Part shown: one piece after another, positions 1 to 13,446 of the stretch
Layout of the letters: each line of letters starts with the position of its first letter
Numbering within the stretch: position 1 is the stretch's first letter
Origin: Octopus sinensis
Taxonomy: Eukaryota
Assembly: GCF_006345805.1 (NCBI RefSeq)
Contig: NC_043002.1
Location: forward strand, 50,654,001 to 50,718,000
DNA length: 64,000 nucleotides
Direction: 5' to 3'
Position numbers and translations under genes: made by a program
Notes under the pieces: model-generated
Database searches by the model: none
Told to the model about the DNA's origin: nothing
Seen by the model: the letters and a program-made list of their open reading frames with translations, nothing else

Positions 1-109
1 ATCATCATCATCATCATCATCATTGTCGTTGTCGTTATCATCTCCAGCATCACATCATCGCCCCCAGTGGATACATATATGTATGTATGTGTATATGATA
101 GTTAAAGGC

Positions 110-140
<31 letters not shown>

Positions 141-441
141 AATATATATACCTAGCTACACGAAGAGAAACCATACAGGGTCATAAACGCATGTGGATAC
201 ACACACACACACACACCCTCCGTACTTCTGGTGTGGCCCAGAATTATGTAGCAGTGTTAGTGTTGACACAAACGAAATGGGGTGCGAGGTAAATACCCTG
301 GACCACCCTGGAAATTAAATTCGAAGACAGGAGTCGCAGAGCAGAAAACTAAGACGAGTCTGAGAAACAAATGGATGTATTACCAGAATATCAAAGTTAT
401 TCAACATATTGCAAGCAAAAAATCTATTATTTTGAATAATA

Positions 442-687
442 GGCGCAGGAGTGGCTGTGTGGTAAGTAGCTTGTTTACCAACCACATGGTTCCGGGTTCA
501 GTTCCACTGCGTGGCACCTTGGGCAAGTGTCTTCTACTATAGCCTCGGGCCGACCAAAGCCTTGTGAGAGGATTTGGTTGACGGAAACTGAAAGTAGCCC
601 GTCGTATATCGAGTTGCTCGATTAAAGGCGGTGCTCCAGCATGGCCGCAGTGAAATGACTGAAACAAGTAAAAGAGTAAAAGAGTAA
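442..687 (+). mobile_element. tRNA-derived SINE, family A (near full length)
   Basis: Head GGCGCAGGAGTGGCTGTGTGG (A-box-like) and GGTTCAGTTCC (B-box-like), tail (GTAAAAGA)n. Related copies occur at ~14612, 24741, 41121 and 45345. Confidence 0.85.
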
Positions 688-1584
688 GGAGCAACGTGAG
701 AATAAAGCAGTATATTTGAGGAGGAAGTGCAGCGTGAAAGATAACCGAATAAAATAACCTATGGTGAAGTATGATGTGGAAAATGGTGCCAGTGAGATTT
801 AGATATCTTCTGTGTGCAATATTCAATGTGTTTCTATTACTGCCCAGCGTTAGCTGATGGGCCTGGTGTGATTCCGTTAATTATGCATAGTTGAAGAGAC
901 TATGCGTTGTTGGAGTATGTTTTGACTACATGCAAGTCTTTCCTAGTAGGAAAATCAAATTTTGAAAGCCATTGCTACTGCACTAAAGAAATAATGTGGC
1001 ATTTTCAGTGCAATGAGATCCAGCACCGTGTAATTCTGTTTTTTTCTTAAAGAAGAGGAAGGAGAAGGCAAAAAAGTATAAAGAAATGAAAGATGAATTT
1101 CAGATTTTTTTAAAGGCGAGTGGTTAATGACTGAAGTGCATAGCTAGATGTAAAGCAAACGCTCGTCTTCTCAAAACATTATTGCATTAATTAAATAATG
1201 ACCAAGCCTTTTTGTACGATATATATTTGACAAAACAAAAATATGTCATTGAATTGATTTTGTCATGGAGAGGTGAAAAAGAGTGTGTGCATTAAAATAT
1301 GAACTTCAGAAATAGTATTTTACAGTAATTTGGATCGTATTCAGTAAGATCAAATAGAAAAAAAAAACTCTAGATAAAATGGTTGTTAGAGAGATTCCTT
1401 TAAATTTTTCACAATCTCTTAGATCAATTTTCATTGAGTTTCATAAACGTTTTGGTTCCATCCACTTGGTTTGGTCTCAACATACCATACTTTTCATAAA
1501 GCATGTAACGTGCTTTTAGCATTTCTCCCTCTATTCTGTATAGTTTCAGAATATACCTCTTCTTCAAGTGCTCTCTCTTTCCCT

Positions 1585-1638
<54 letters not shown>

Positions 1639-2751
1639 GTTTCCTTTACAATGATAATAATTATTTCAATATCCAGTTCTTCTTGTGATTCAGATATAAA
1701 GAAAGCATAAATCTAGTTACAAACTTTATTCATGCACTCTTCAATTGCTCTCCTCATCATTCCTTTGCAAGATCTGATGTTACGAATTTGTTTCTTGTCA
1801 ACACTGGTGATTTTTTAATACAATACGCGCCTTACAAAGTCATGGCCTACATCTGAGTGAAATATGCTTTGTCTGCTTCAACGTCTTTGATTCTACATAT
1901 TCTCTTCACCTAACTATTGCGGCTCTACTATTTAGCTATTTTGTATTTTTGTGTGTTTTTTTGTCTCTTTCATTTCTCTTACCATTTATTTCATTTTGTC
2001 TCTGTCATTTCGTAAAAGTACCCATAGTCCCTCAATGAGCCACTTCTGATTTTCTATCTTTTCTTTTCTCCGGGCAACAATGAACTTTTCTTGATACGGT
2101 TGTTTTATTTCCAAATATTTTCCTTACCGTCTTCCAGCATCACATCTGGAACTTCTTGAGCTGTGTCTAATATTGCAAATATATTGCAATAATGGAGCGT
2201 GAATTTTTTATAATCTGAGCATTTAGCCATTTTATTTATTTATTTCTTGCATGGAGAATAAAATAATTGCTTCTCAGTTTTGCTTTCAACTTCCGTTGGA
2301 AACTGGTCATAATTATTTGATAAACGCCTCCGCCGTTTGCTCTCCAATAAGTCCAAACGTTTTGAATGTATTTTATATTTGTTTACAGGTCAAAACATGA
2401 CCTATTTGATTCCTACTTTTGCTATCAAGTGATATTCAGGTTTAAGTGAGTATGTTTTTATATTGGAATAGAGTACCTGGAGCAACAAAGTTATTCACCC
2501 ACCAGAAGTATATCAGACGCATTCCGTTCTTATTATTTTCATTCAGACAATGTTTCATTGTCATGTCTTTCATGCCATGATTATTCGTTCTTACGTGCGC
2601 ATTGATGCCACCCACCCATCCACCAACATCCTTACACCTCTTCCAGGAATATCAACAAAAATACACTTCAACTGTGTTTCATCAAAACTATTATTTGTTG
2701 ACTCATATAGGCAGTGAACTAGTAAAATCGATATCACATCGAAGAAAATGG

Positions 2752-2930
2752 GTAGCGGCATTTCTTCCCGCTTTACGTTCTAAGTTCAAATACTACTGAG
2801 GTCATCTTTGCCTATCTTCCTTTCGGGGGTCGATGAAATAATACCCGTCAAGAACTGGAAATGATGTAATAGACTTGCACTCTCACTACAAAATTTCAAG
2901 CCTTGCGCCTATAATAGAAAGGACTATTAT
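2752..2930 (+). mobile_element. degenerate SINE, family B (Nin-domain-like core)
   Basis: GAGGTCATCTTTGCC..CCTTTCGGGGGTCGATGAAAT matches the core of the better-preserved copy at 40260-40487; short ATT tail. Confidence 0.65.
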
Positions 2931-4196
2931 TGGGAAGCTATCCTTCAAAGGTCGGGCAGAGGTGGCTAACGCGTATATCGCGTCCGTCATCTACTATCGA
3001 TTGACCGTCGTCCCTTGTCCTGGCCACCGTCTGATTATGCTGGAACGTTTCATGTGAAAGGGACGCGTCTCGAAGGTCAGGCGGCCTATCTGCTGTCAGC
3101 ACCCGCTGCATGGTGACCTGAGCATGCTGTGGTTGGTGAGGTGCTGATATGCACTGAAGCTACATCTCCAGTGCTTCCTTGATGGTGAACAAGTGTGGTC
3201 GCCGTTCGCCAGAGGTATTTCCGCAGCTAATTTCTTTAACAGGGCTGCAGTCTTCGGTAAAACAGAGACGAGAGGGAGCATTTGGAAAGTGGAATGTCTT
3301 TAAGCGCTCACAGCCCTCCGCCAATCGGACAGTGCGAAGGGTGGAACGTCGACTTTAGCTTTTTATAGAGGATTGGTGGAGGAAAATTGCTACGACGTTC
3401 TAGGGTCGTCGAAGAAGATCAGTTAGTCGCTCTTTCCCGGAGAACTTTCGGGCTCGACCGATGGGTAATTTCCAAAAATTTCTGTCCTGGCAGTGCTACC
3501 GGGGAACTTTACCTGTTCGAGATAAACTTTACAGGCACGAGAGTGCCGTCAGCCAAGCATGTCCGAGATGCGCGCAGCACGACGAGATGGTTCTGCATGC
3601 ACTCTTCCAGTGCCCGAGCATTGCTGACACGTGGGCTTTTGTCGAACACCTACTGTGGCGTTTAGGACAGATCCAGCTGTCAACTGAATCCATAGTGAAG
3701 AGCGCCCAGCCGCCTTCTTTTAACCAAGAGGGAAAGGTTGTTTTTATATGCTTGGTGTCCATGGTGAAAGAGGTTGTATGGTGGACGAGATTGAAGGGGC
3801 TGTAGACAAACACTCTTCTCTTTGGCCAATCCTTGAGGAACTGTTTCCAGTTTCACTTGAAAAGGAAACTAAGAGTAGAGATGGAAGTGTCTTCTAGCCA
3901 GTTTTCTGAAAATTGGCTGAGCATACGCCTGCAGTTCGAAAAAGGGAAGGAAAAACGGCACCTGCCCCCAAAATCAGGGTACCCATTGTTTTTTATGGAG
4001 TTTTTCTGTGAGTAGCTCCCCAACGTCTCTTTGTTGAGGATTACACAAGCTGATTTCTTTGTTTTAATGTTTTAATTTTGTTAGTCTTGTTTACACGCAA
4101 AATCCTCACAACACACACTCACACACATATTTGTTTTTGTTCTGTGCTGTCTATAATGTTTTTCTTAATGTAAACCCTTGTGTTTAATAAAGAAAT
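2931..4196 (+). mobile_element. 5'-truncated, disrupted L1/Tx1-clade LINE (ORF2 C-terminus with zf-RVT-like motif, plus 3' UTR)
   Basis: Translations KLSFKGRAEVANAYIASVIYYRL and LPVRDKLYRH..CPRC..EMVLHALFQCP are typical L1/Tx1 post-RT motifs. Multiple stops and frameshifts; ends ...CCCTTGTGTTTAATAAAGAAAT then (ATT)n. Confidence 0.8.
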
Positions 4197-4222
4197 CATT
4201 ATTATTATTATCACTATTATTA

Positions 4223-6174
4223 TCTTTTTTTTCTTCTTTCAAATTTGCTTTCATTTCTCGCCGAGTGTCTTCCCGACTCCTAGGGCAAAAAAACTCATAG
4301 TATACATTGGTAGGCCATTAAACTAAACTCACTAGTTCGATTATTAAAAAAATTTTTTTTTTAAGTTAAATTAAAATACATGGGTAGTAATAGTTCTCAC
4401 ATCGACAATGCTCTTCTCAATACGTGTGATGTACCAGTTAAGACAATCTTTTGCACTTCTTGCGGGGATGGTAAGCCAGGGATCATTCTCATATAATTTT
4501 CGGTTCCCTTCTTGATCATTCCTAGTGCTCCTACGATCACTGGTATTGTAACCGCCTTGAGATGCCACATTTTCTCAATTTCAATATTTTCTGAGCTTGT
4601 CAAACTCTTTCGCCGAGATATTATGATAACAGGGGATGCTCATGTCGATCAATAAGCAAACTTTATTGCTTTGGTCTTTCACAACAATATCCGGTTTATT
4701 GGCTTTGATGGTTCGGTCTGTATGTACTGGGAAGTCCCACAGAATCGTTACATTTTCTCCTTCAGTTACAGCTTCAGGGTGGTGATTATACCACTTGTCG
4801 GCAGTTTTGATATCGTAATGCCGACTTATTAGCCAGTGTAGATATTGGCCAACTCTGTCATGTCTTAATTTATACTCCACTGGTGCTAAGACTTTACATC
4901 CAGAGATTAGGTGGTCCACTGTTTCAATCATGTCGTTGCAGAATCGGCATTTTGGGTCTGCTCCATTTTTCATCACATTGGCCTGGTAGTTCCGGGTTAA
5001 TAGGCTTTGATCTTGAGCAGCCAGGATGAAACCTTCGCTCTCTGCTTTTAGCCCTGAGCTCCGTAGCCACTGATGGGTTTCCTTCTGGTCAACATCAGCT
5101 TGTTTGCTACGGGCCACATATTTGCCGTGCAGAGGTTTCTCCTCCCATCTATCAGCCAATTGCTCGTGCGCTTTTTTCGTTGCCATTATTTTCACCTTCT
5201 TTGCAACAATAGTTGCCGTACTTCTCTCGGGTTGTTCAGTTTGGGTATCCTGCACGAGATCAATAGCAAATTTTTTGCTTTCCTTTATGATAGATTGAAG
5301 CTTCTTTCGTCTCTCGTGATTTTCCACGAGCTTTAGCATCCAGTCATTCGTTATTTCAAGATATTTGGCCAGTCCAATTGTGGTTGTTTTGTAAGCTAGT
5401 TCAAATTGGATCAGGCCTCGATCTCCTTGGGCTCTGGGGAGGTAAAGGCGATCTACGTCTGCCTTTGGGTGGTGCATCCTATTACAACTCAGCAGCTTGC
5501 GTATTTTCCTATCTATATTCTTTACTTCACTCATATTCCAGTTCAACACATTGTAGCTATAAGTAACAACTGGAACTGCTAAGGAATTTATAGCTAACAC
5601 CTTGTTACGTGCATTTAGTTCAGATTTCAGGACTGCACGAACTCTCCTATAACATTCTTCCTGATCTTCTCTTTCATGCTTGCATGCTGAATACCAGAGC
5701 CTTCATTTATCCCTAAATATTTGTATGTTTGTTCTTGCTCAAGCTCTCTTATGACTGTGTCAACATCTAACACGACTGAATTTGTGGTCTTCACTTTCCC
5801 TTTCTGGAAAGTGACCTTGGCACACTTCTCAAGCCCAAACTCCATCCCGATGTCATCGCTGAATGCTTTCACAGTGCGCAATAGGCCTTCAAGTTCATTA
5901 TTGTCTTTACCATAGAGTTTTAGGTCATCCATATAAAATAGATGGCTTATTTTTTTATTGGCAATTTTATACCCATACCCTGTTCTGTTTAATTCACTTG
6001 TAAGGGGTATTAGGGCTATGCAGAATATTAGAGGTGAAAGTGAGTCACCTTGAAAAATTCCACAGTTTATGTTTATATTCTCTGAGGCAAGTACTCCATT
6101 AGAGTGGTATAGTTGGAGATTCGTATTCCACAACGACATATTGTGCTTCAGGAAGCTTGAAATCACAGGCGAAA

Positions 6175-6177
<3 letters not shown>
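4223..6177 (-). mobile_element. 5'-truncated R4/Dong-like non-LTR retrotransposon (RT + CCHC + restriction-like endonuclease), frameshifted
   Basis: GIFQGDSLSPL and HLFYMDDLKLY RT motifs (ORF 5627-6355); CRFC..ETVDHLISGC, RHD and KPD..IDMS..K..KY motifs (ORF 4581-5600); IPVIVGALG (ORF 4397-4603). Both ends abut (TAA)n. Confidence 0.9.
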
Positions 6178-6231
<54 letters not shown>

Positions 6232-6262
6232 CATTATTATTATTATTATTATTATTATTGTT

Positions 6263-6337
<75 letters not shown>

Positions 6338-6374
6338 TATTATTATTATTATCATTATTATTATTATTATTATA

Positions 6375-6407
<33 letters not shown>

Positions 6408-6408
6408 T
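6178..6408. repeat. (ATT)n/(ATC)n microsatellite
   Basis: Directly visible trinucleotide arrays. Confidence 0.95.
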
Positions 6409-6680
6409 ATGCACTCAAGAGATTAGACTGTTGGAAAAGAAAAGAATTCTAAAAACGAGCTACAAGTTGCCTCAAGATGCCAAGAAGCCACCTAAGTATC
6501 CTAGCTTTCCCTAATAACACTGTTTTCTGAAGCTGTACTAAACTAGTTTTTATGCTTATTTTCTCTATCCATCTGTTCAAATCTTTAGGGGATAGTTTCC
6601 AATGCACCTATAACTACTGGGATATATCTTATCTGCACTTTCCATAGTGTCTGTAATCCAATAGCTAAGTCCTGGTATTA
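6409..6680 (-). mobile_element. 3' end fragment of a second, diverged R4/Dong-like element
   Basis: Minus strand reads YQDLAIGLQTLWKVQIRYIPVVIGALG, homologous to the C-terminus of the 4223-6177 element; its 3' end runs into (TAA)n. Confidence 0.65.
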
Positions 6681-7213
6681 AGATAGTGATCCGACAGAAT
6701 AGTTGGCGCGTCGGACAAAATGCTAAGCAGGATTACCTCCGGCTCCTTATATTCCTTATATTTATCCGTTCAGGTTCGATAAAATCAAATATCAATCAAG
6801 TACTGAGATCAATATAATCACCTTACCCAATCCCATCACAATTGCTGGTCTTGTGTGAAAATGAGAGCAGATTATTTGTTGACGCATAGTACATCATTAC
6901 ACTTACATTTGATTCCAATTGAATTAATCTTTATCACCAATATTCTTCCACTTCTCTTTGGTTGCTATCCTAGTAATACTTTTCTTGCAAATTTTCCTAA
7001 AAAAAAATTAATACCCACTCTTTTAAAATCATTGTTTCTCCCAGAATTCACCTATATTTCCATTAGATGGAAATACTGTTAATTTCCAACCCACTTTCTC
7101 TGAAACCTTTTATATTCCCAAAATTATATTTTCAGTAAGTTCAAGTTTACTATAACCCGTTATTGACTTCGTGTTCCATGCCACTACTCTGGAAGTTATA
7201 TGTATATATATAA

Positions 7214-7367
7214 ATTAGAATAAAACCACCTTTTATCAATTCAACATTACTTAATCATTGGTATATGTTTTATCTTATATTTAATTTTCCTATAAGGTGT
7301 AATTTTTTCTAGGTGGTATAATTTAATTTTTTCATTGTTGAATTGATAAAAGGTGTTTTTTCCTAAT
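7214..7367. repeat. short fold-back element with ~33-bp inverted repeats, flanked by (TA)n
   Basis: ATTAGAATAAAACCACCTTTTATCAATTCAACA (7214-7246) versus TGTTGAATTGATAAAAGGTGTTTTTTCCTAAT (7336-7367). Confidence 0.75.
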
Positions 7368-7369
7368 AT

Positions 7370-7503
<134 letters not shown>

Positions 7504-7854
7504 TGAAATTTGATTTAGTATTTCTAAATTGAATTTTTCCCTGTAAGTTTGGAATAATATTCCCTCATATTATTACAATATCCTCATATTGTTTACACAC
7601 TTATAGAGAAATCGTACAAATGTAAACACTGGCAGAAACATACATTTTACTCATATAAATGATTTCGATAGTTATTATAGTTTGAACAATTAGTTTAACG
7701 TGCACTTCACTTCAATAGAGAAATCCTTTCCTAAGCCTTTGAACATTCTTTTAATCAACGTAACCCTCCCTCTCTATTTCTTCCCTATTTATTATTCCTT
7801 TAACCCTTCTCTTCCTACTATCTAACTTTGACTTCAATTGTTGAGAGAGGCTCC

Positions 7855-7945
7855 CTTTCTTTCCTGATGAGAAGATTGCATCTTACACCGTTTATTCCTT
7901 TGGAATAAAACCCTGTTGTATTCGAAACATATGTCGAAAGTAAAG
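7855..7945 (+). ncRNA. type I hammerhead ribozyme (PLE-type), core intact
   Basis: Stem I CTTTCTTTC/GAAAG(T)AAAG; CTGATGA at 7864; long imperfect stem II with inner hairpin TTTATTCC-TTT-GGAATAAA; GAAA at 7924; palindromic stem III ACATATGT; GUC cleavage triplet ending at 7935. Confidence 0.8.
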
Positions 7946-8145
7946 AAAACATATTAACATCTTCTTTCAACTCCATTTATCTATTTATTCATATATAACA
8001 CACAAATTTCTGCACATGAACCCGGAGTTATTACCTTTGGATAGGTCGCTTCAACCGTGTTTCTGACATGAATTTGCTACCCTGGTATCGGTTCATCGAA
8101 TTTTCCATGTTGACGGTAATCATAGGATAATTCATTCACCCATCG

Positions 8146-8210
<65 letters not shown>

Positions 8211-8399
8211 AAACGACAGAAGCAGTATTACTACCGAAGGATAATATTTATCTCCACTCAACCGTGAATGTCCTGTTAGAACAAACTATACTGTAGTAGA
8301 TACCATGAGAGAAACTCCTATATTGTTTTTTGTGTAAAATACGCTCCCGTTTATATCGCGAACGGGGTGATAAATCCCCGCCATCTCCAGCACCGACAA

Positions 8400-8444
8400 C
8401 ACCAGATCACGTGGTTTCGAGCTTCCTTAGTCTCATCAATGATG
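8400..8444 (-). ncRNA. degenerate minimal hammerhead ribozyme
   Basis: Reverse complement CATCA-TTGATGA-GACTAAGGAAGCTC-GAAA-CCACGTG-ATC-TGGTG; C3U change and one stem III mismatch. Confidence 0.5.
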
Positions 8445-8449
8445 AACGC

Positions 8450-8700
8450 CTGACTGCTAGAAATATGTTTTGTATAAAGATAAAAAAAAATAGAGAAGTT
8501 TCTTGAAGTGCTTGTACTCTGGAACTTGGATCCATTGCTGAAGTGTTGGTCGTTTGTCGAATCTATAGAAATTCGTCTAGTATTTCAGAGCGGCTCCCGT
8601 CATGTGATACGAAGTACCAAACTTCAGTCAGAAGCGGCTACTATCTTAAGAAATGATTATTACCTAAAACTACCACCAGAAGTAAAAACTTTTGTTAATC
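8450..8700 (-). mobile_element. possible Penelope-like endonuclease/pLTR remnant
   Basis: Minus translation RFDKRPTLQQWIQVPEYKH weakly resembles a PLE GIY-YIG C-terminal region; lies just upstream of a same-strand hammerhead motif. Confidence 0.3.
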
Positions 8701-9886
8701 CTAATCGTTCCGGTCACCATCTGTCTACCAGAGGTTTCTGTTGATTCACAAATATCAACTGCTACGCATATCTCGATCAGCCGAACTTGTCGATGGCGTA
8801 TAGATATGGAGGTACAGTTATTAATTGACATACAGTACTACTGCCATTGGAGATCTTCCATCATTTCCCGTTGTTCTATTTACAACAACTATAACCCCAT
8901 TTGTACTCATTATGCAGTTTCACCGATCCTGTCTTTTTTCTTATGTTTAGATGCGGCATAGTTAGGGATGCATTATCCAGTAGATACTTCCTTTATAAAA
9001 CACAGGACATAGTTTGAGACAGATGACAACGTTACTTCTAGCAGGGAGCAGATTGTCGTGGGAGTGATGGCAGTAGTGGTGGTGGTGGCAGTGGTGGTGG
9101 TGATGGTGGCGGCGGCAGTGGTGATAGCGATGGTGATGATGGTGATTGTTGTTGCAGTTGTGGTGGTGGTAATGGTGGGTGTTCGTGATGGTGAAAGCGG
9201 TGATAGTGTTAATAAGAGCAGTGATGGTCATGGTAGTTATCGTGGTGTTAGTTGAAGGGCGATTGTATTGTTCATGTTGAAGGCGGTGGTAGTATTGGTG
9301 GTGTTACTAGCGGTGCTGATGATTGTGGCATTGGTAGTATTAGCAGTTGTGGTAGTGCTGTTAGTAATTAATGTGGTAGTATTTATTATGGTGTTGGTGG
9401 GAGTCGTGGCGCTGATAGTGATACTAATGGCGGTGGTTGTGGCGGAAGCATACTGGCAGTAGTCATTGTTATGGTGGTGGTGGTGGTGATAGTTCTATGC
9501 GGTGATGATGGTAGTAGCTTTTGTAATAGTATTGGAAGTGGTGTTGGTGGTTGTGGTGTTAGTGTTAGTGGTAGTGGTGACATTACTACCACCGTACAAT
9601 GGAGAATTTTCATAATTCATTTAGCTGATTTGTGAGAAATTCAGTATAAGAGCTACAGGAAGTCTCAGAGTGATTGTGAATAAGGAGAAGATATCGACAT
9701 CAATCACATACAAAGATAGTAGGGAAAAGTAGTGGAGAGAGAGAATGGGAGAGAGAGAGAGAGGGAGAGAGGGAGAGACTAAGAGAGAGAGAAAGAGAAA
9801 AAGTCAAGGGTCGAACGGAAAGATGAATGAGCAGAAAACAATGCAAACATTAAAGAGAGGGCTACATCTCTGTCTCTATCTGTCTG

Positions 9887-9926
<40 letters not shown>

Positions 9927-9950
9927 CATACATACGTACATACATACATG

Positions 9951-9989
<39 letters not shown>

Positions 9990-10063
9990 TATATATATAT
10001 ATATATACACATACTACATATCTATATATCTATCTATCTGTATCTATATATACATACATACAT

Positions 10064-10117
<54 letters not shown>

Positions 10118-10196
10118 GTATATGTATATATGTGTGTGTGTGTGTAAGTGTTTGTATATATATGTATATATATGTATGTGTGTATGTGTATATATA

Positions 10197-10830
10197 CAGG
10201 TTGCAGTGAATAAACTCGTCTAAATTGTGCAAAAATGAAAATAATACTGACATCTCATTTTAGTAGATGTTTTTACCAAAGTTAAATAAAAATATTTTGA
10301 AAGACTACAGAATAAATTCATTCAATAAAATCGCAATTGACTTCAACGACGGCCTCCTGACAACTTCGCAATCTCTTGCAACTCTTCTGGGCGGTCTCTT
10401 TGTTTAAGTTGGCGAGTGCTGCCATAATCCTTGCCTTCAGTTCGTCTTTGGTGTTACGAGGAGTTTTTTGGTGGTTTCTCACTCAACTGCGCCCTACATA
10501 ATAATCAAGTGACGTGCAGTCTGGGGTGTTAGGTGGCCAGATACTAGGTGTGATGTGGTCGCAAAAGTTGCCTGACAACCACGACTAGGTTCTCCTGCTT
10601 GTGTGGCATGGTGCAGAGTTCTGTTGCCAGACATAGGGTCTTCCTGCAGCCACCCTCTTGACCCAGGGCAGCACTACCTCCTCCAGGCACTTGATCTATG
10701 CCTCCCGTGCTGAGCCTGAGGCCGTGTGAGAAGATGAATGTAAATATAACGTCGCCCTCACTAGTGATTATACCAAACACCATGATATTGACTGGATGTT
10801 TGACTTTTATAACTCTCTGCACATGTCCTC
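10197..10830 (-). mobile_element. maT (DD37D) Tc1/mariner remnant: C-terminal half of transposase and terminus
   Basis: KHPVNIMVFGIITSEG; in another frame RPYVWQQ[N]SAPCH...WPPNTPDCTSLDYYV, giving 37 residues between the last two catalytic positions. Stops and frameshifts present; TA|CAGG terminus. Confidence 0.8.
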
Positions 10831-12039
10831 AGATTGACACCCAAACACTCTGAAATGTTCGTGTTGGAGCGTCCAGCGCGAATGCCAAGCAGTATAGCAT
10901 GTTTCTAAATTTCTGGTAGAGTGAATTGCTGTACTGGCTGGAGAATTGCTGTACTCGCTGTACAGGCTGGGAGTCAATACTTGCAAGAGAGAAGAGAGAG
11001 GATAATTTTAATGGAAGGAACAAATGATCTGAAAGGTAAACAAACAACAAGCGTTCGATAGATGGCCTTTCATTCTGTCCGCCGTGCAGATGTCATTGTT
11101 CATTGGAGCGATCTAACTCTGAGGACGGGATCGACACCAGCCGCTAAGTAACGATGACTAACCTATCGAAAGCTTTCGATTGAACCAAGTTGAGCTTGGC
11201 AAATGGTTTGAAACATTTTGGCGGGGCGTGAGTTAAATAAATTAAGAGCTTTTGTCTGGAGTTCTAAAGATTCCGTCAATCAACTGCTCTACTCTAAAGA
11301 AAATGTTTATAAGAATAAAAAAAGCTGAGAATGTTTAAGGGAAATAAGCAGGATTAAAGAGTGGTTTGAAGAGATTGTTGGGGAGAAGGAGAAAGGAGGT
11401 CATGAAGAGAAAAGGATGCGGAATGATATCTAACAAAAGCAAGATAGAAGAAATAGCTATGGAAAAAGAGTAATTGTGGGAACGAAAAGTGAATGGAGAC
11501 ATGGAGAACAAAAGAAACAAGGATAGGTAGAGATGAAAATAGAGAGATGGCCAATGTTTATGTGTGTGTGTGTGTGTGGGGGGGGGGTGTGTGTGTATGT
11601 GCGTGCCTGTTTGTGTGTTTATATGTATATATGGCCAGACTAGAACAAAATACAATGAAAGAGGAGTGGGGGAAATAGGGAAGAGAGAGAGTATGTGACA
11701 GGAATATAGTAACAGCTTCAGATGACGGTATATGATGATATATATACATATGAACACACACGCACACGTACACGTACGCATGCACACACGCACGGGCACT
11801 CACTCATACACACACTCATGGTATTTCTTGCAAAAAAACTGGAGAGATAATGTTTCTACAACCGTTATGTAATTATGACAGTGGTTTGCCAAAAAGCCTG
11901 TATATTTTATGACGTCTTTAATACTATATCTGTTTTTTTTTTCTAAGTCATTAATTCTATACTTTGGCTTCTATTGCCCCCTAACATATCCTGAGTTTAC
12001 GTGTCATGCTTCGCAGCACGCGGCTACTTCATAACCGAG

Positions 12040-12172
12040 TGAGTTCTGATGACAATAAACGTTTACTGCATCGGAACGGAGAAGCAACACGTCGAGTTCT
12101 CGCTCAAGAACTTACCTATGCATAACAGGCGACAATACCTTGAAGTTATGCTGCAGAAATGTGAGCGCTTTA
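12040..12172 (+). mobile_element. Penelope-like element 5' fragment (ORF N-terminus) with degenerate hammerhead-like motif
   Basis: EFSLKNLPMHNRRQYLEVMLQKCERFI resembles the PLE N-terminal YSLKNIP..Y..L..K.E.FI pattern; upstream CTGATGA-CAATAAAC/GTTTACTG-..GGAAC. Confidence 0.45.
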
Positions 12173-12200
12173 TACATACTTACATACATAGATACATAGA

Positions 12201-12236
<36 letters not shown>

Positions 12237-12248
12237 TATATATATGTA

Positions 12249-12624
12249 CTAGCAGTATCGCCCGGCGTTGCTCGGGTTGTAAGGGAAATAACTATATAAG
12301 CATTTTTAGAGAGTTATAGCCAAAAAATAGCAAAAAAAATGCATTAAAAATTGAAAAAAATTAAGGTAAATTTTTTTTAAATCGTTGACACATCGTAGAT
12401 ATTTTTAGAGAGTTACTTCCCTTATATAAAAGCGAAAAAAATGCATTAAAATGGAAAAATATGATGGTAAATTTTTTTAAAATCGTAGACTCATCGTAGA
12501 AGGGCTCGATATGAATCACGACTATAAGATACCCGCTTTTGGTTAAACTGCACCGCAAAATGTGGGAGTAATTACGAATGTAAATCGAAGGGGACAGACA
12601 CACAACTTCACTCTTATATAAAGA
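12249..12624 (-). mobile_element. non-autonomous Helitron
   Basis: On the minus strand it starts A|TC and ends with hairpin CCCGAGCAACGCCGGG, then CTAG|T; no TSD; internal direct repeat. Confidence 0.8.
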
Positions 12625-13398
12625 TGCTTTTTTTTTTCAGTTATAGAGTTAGATTTATGAAGGTCTTCAGTAGAAAATCCTTCGAATTCTGACTCGCTGC
12701 TTGATATAATGAAATTCGTATCCATTTTTTGTCAGAATTACAAATTTTGAAAACACAATAGGAACAAATTTCGGAAAAAAATCTCCCATAATTCACGGAA
12801 TTAAAATTACACTTCGATTTTTGTACAAAACTGTATTTGAAGTGTTTACGAAGTATAATACGTGTTTTCACGAATGTACTAAAGAGATTTACTCTGATAT
12901 TCTCATTTAAATATGAATAGGTAAATTCGGGTGGTTTGGTAACGAAAGGGTTTATATAAGTGTCGTCTGTTTATACATAAACACTGTTTCATAGTTTCAG
13001 TTTAGTCTTCCTCAAATCACTGTCGCTAATTTACTCTCTTCCAAGAACATTTTCACTCACTATTATCTGTTAGCTTCCCATACATTTTACTCATGTATCT
13101 ATCAGCGTGATAGACAGAAACAAATATTACATTTACTTTCATTTTATTCGTTGCCCACTGTGTGTGTGCGTTTGCGTGTGGTGTAAACCAGACTAAGAAA
13201 AGCATTTGACACACACACCAGAATGTGAGTTTTCTGTAAATTTTGCTTAATTGGAGTTTAAATTTTAAAAACTGGACCTGGCATGACGCGATGCATTGTA
13301 CTCTTAAAACTGCTAGGTAAATTGTAATTGAAGAAATCCTATATTGTAGATTTGTATAACTCCCAAAGGGAGGCAGATAAAATCTGCCTTTTATAATA

Positions 13399-13443
<45 letters not shown>

Positions 13444-13446
13444 TAA

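Noticed and set aside
5627-6355. Poly-N/poly-D N-terminus fused to RT as a novel chimeric protein
   Set aside because: Read-through from the flanking (TAA)/(TGA) microsatellite into a 5'-truncated LINE.
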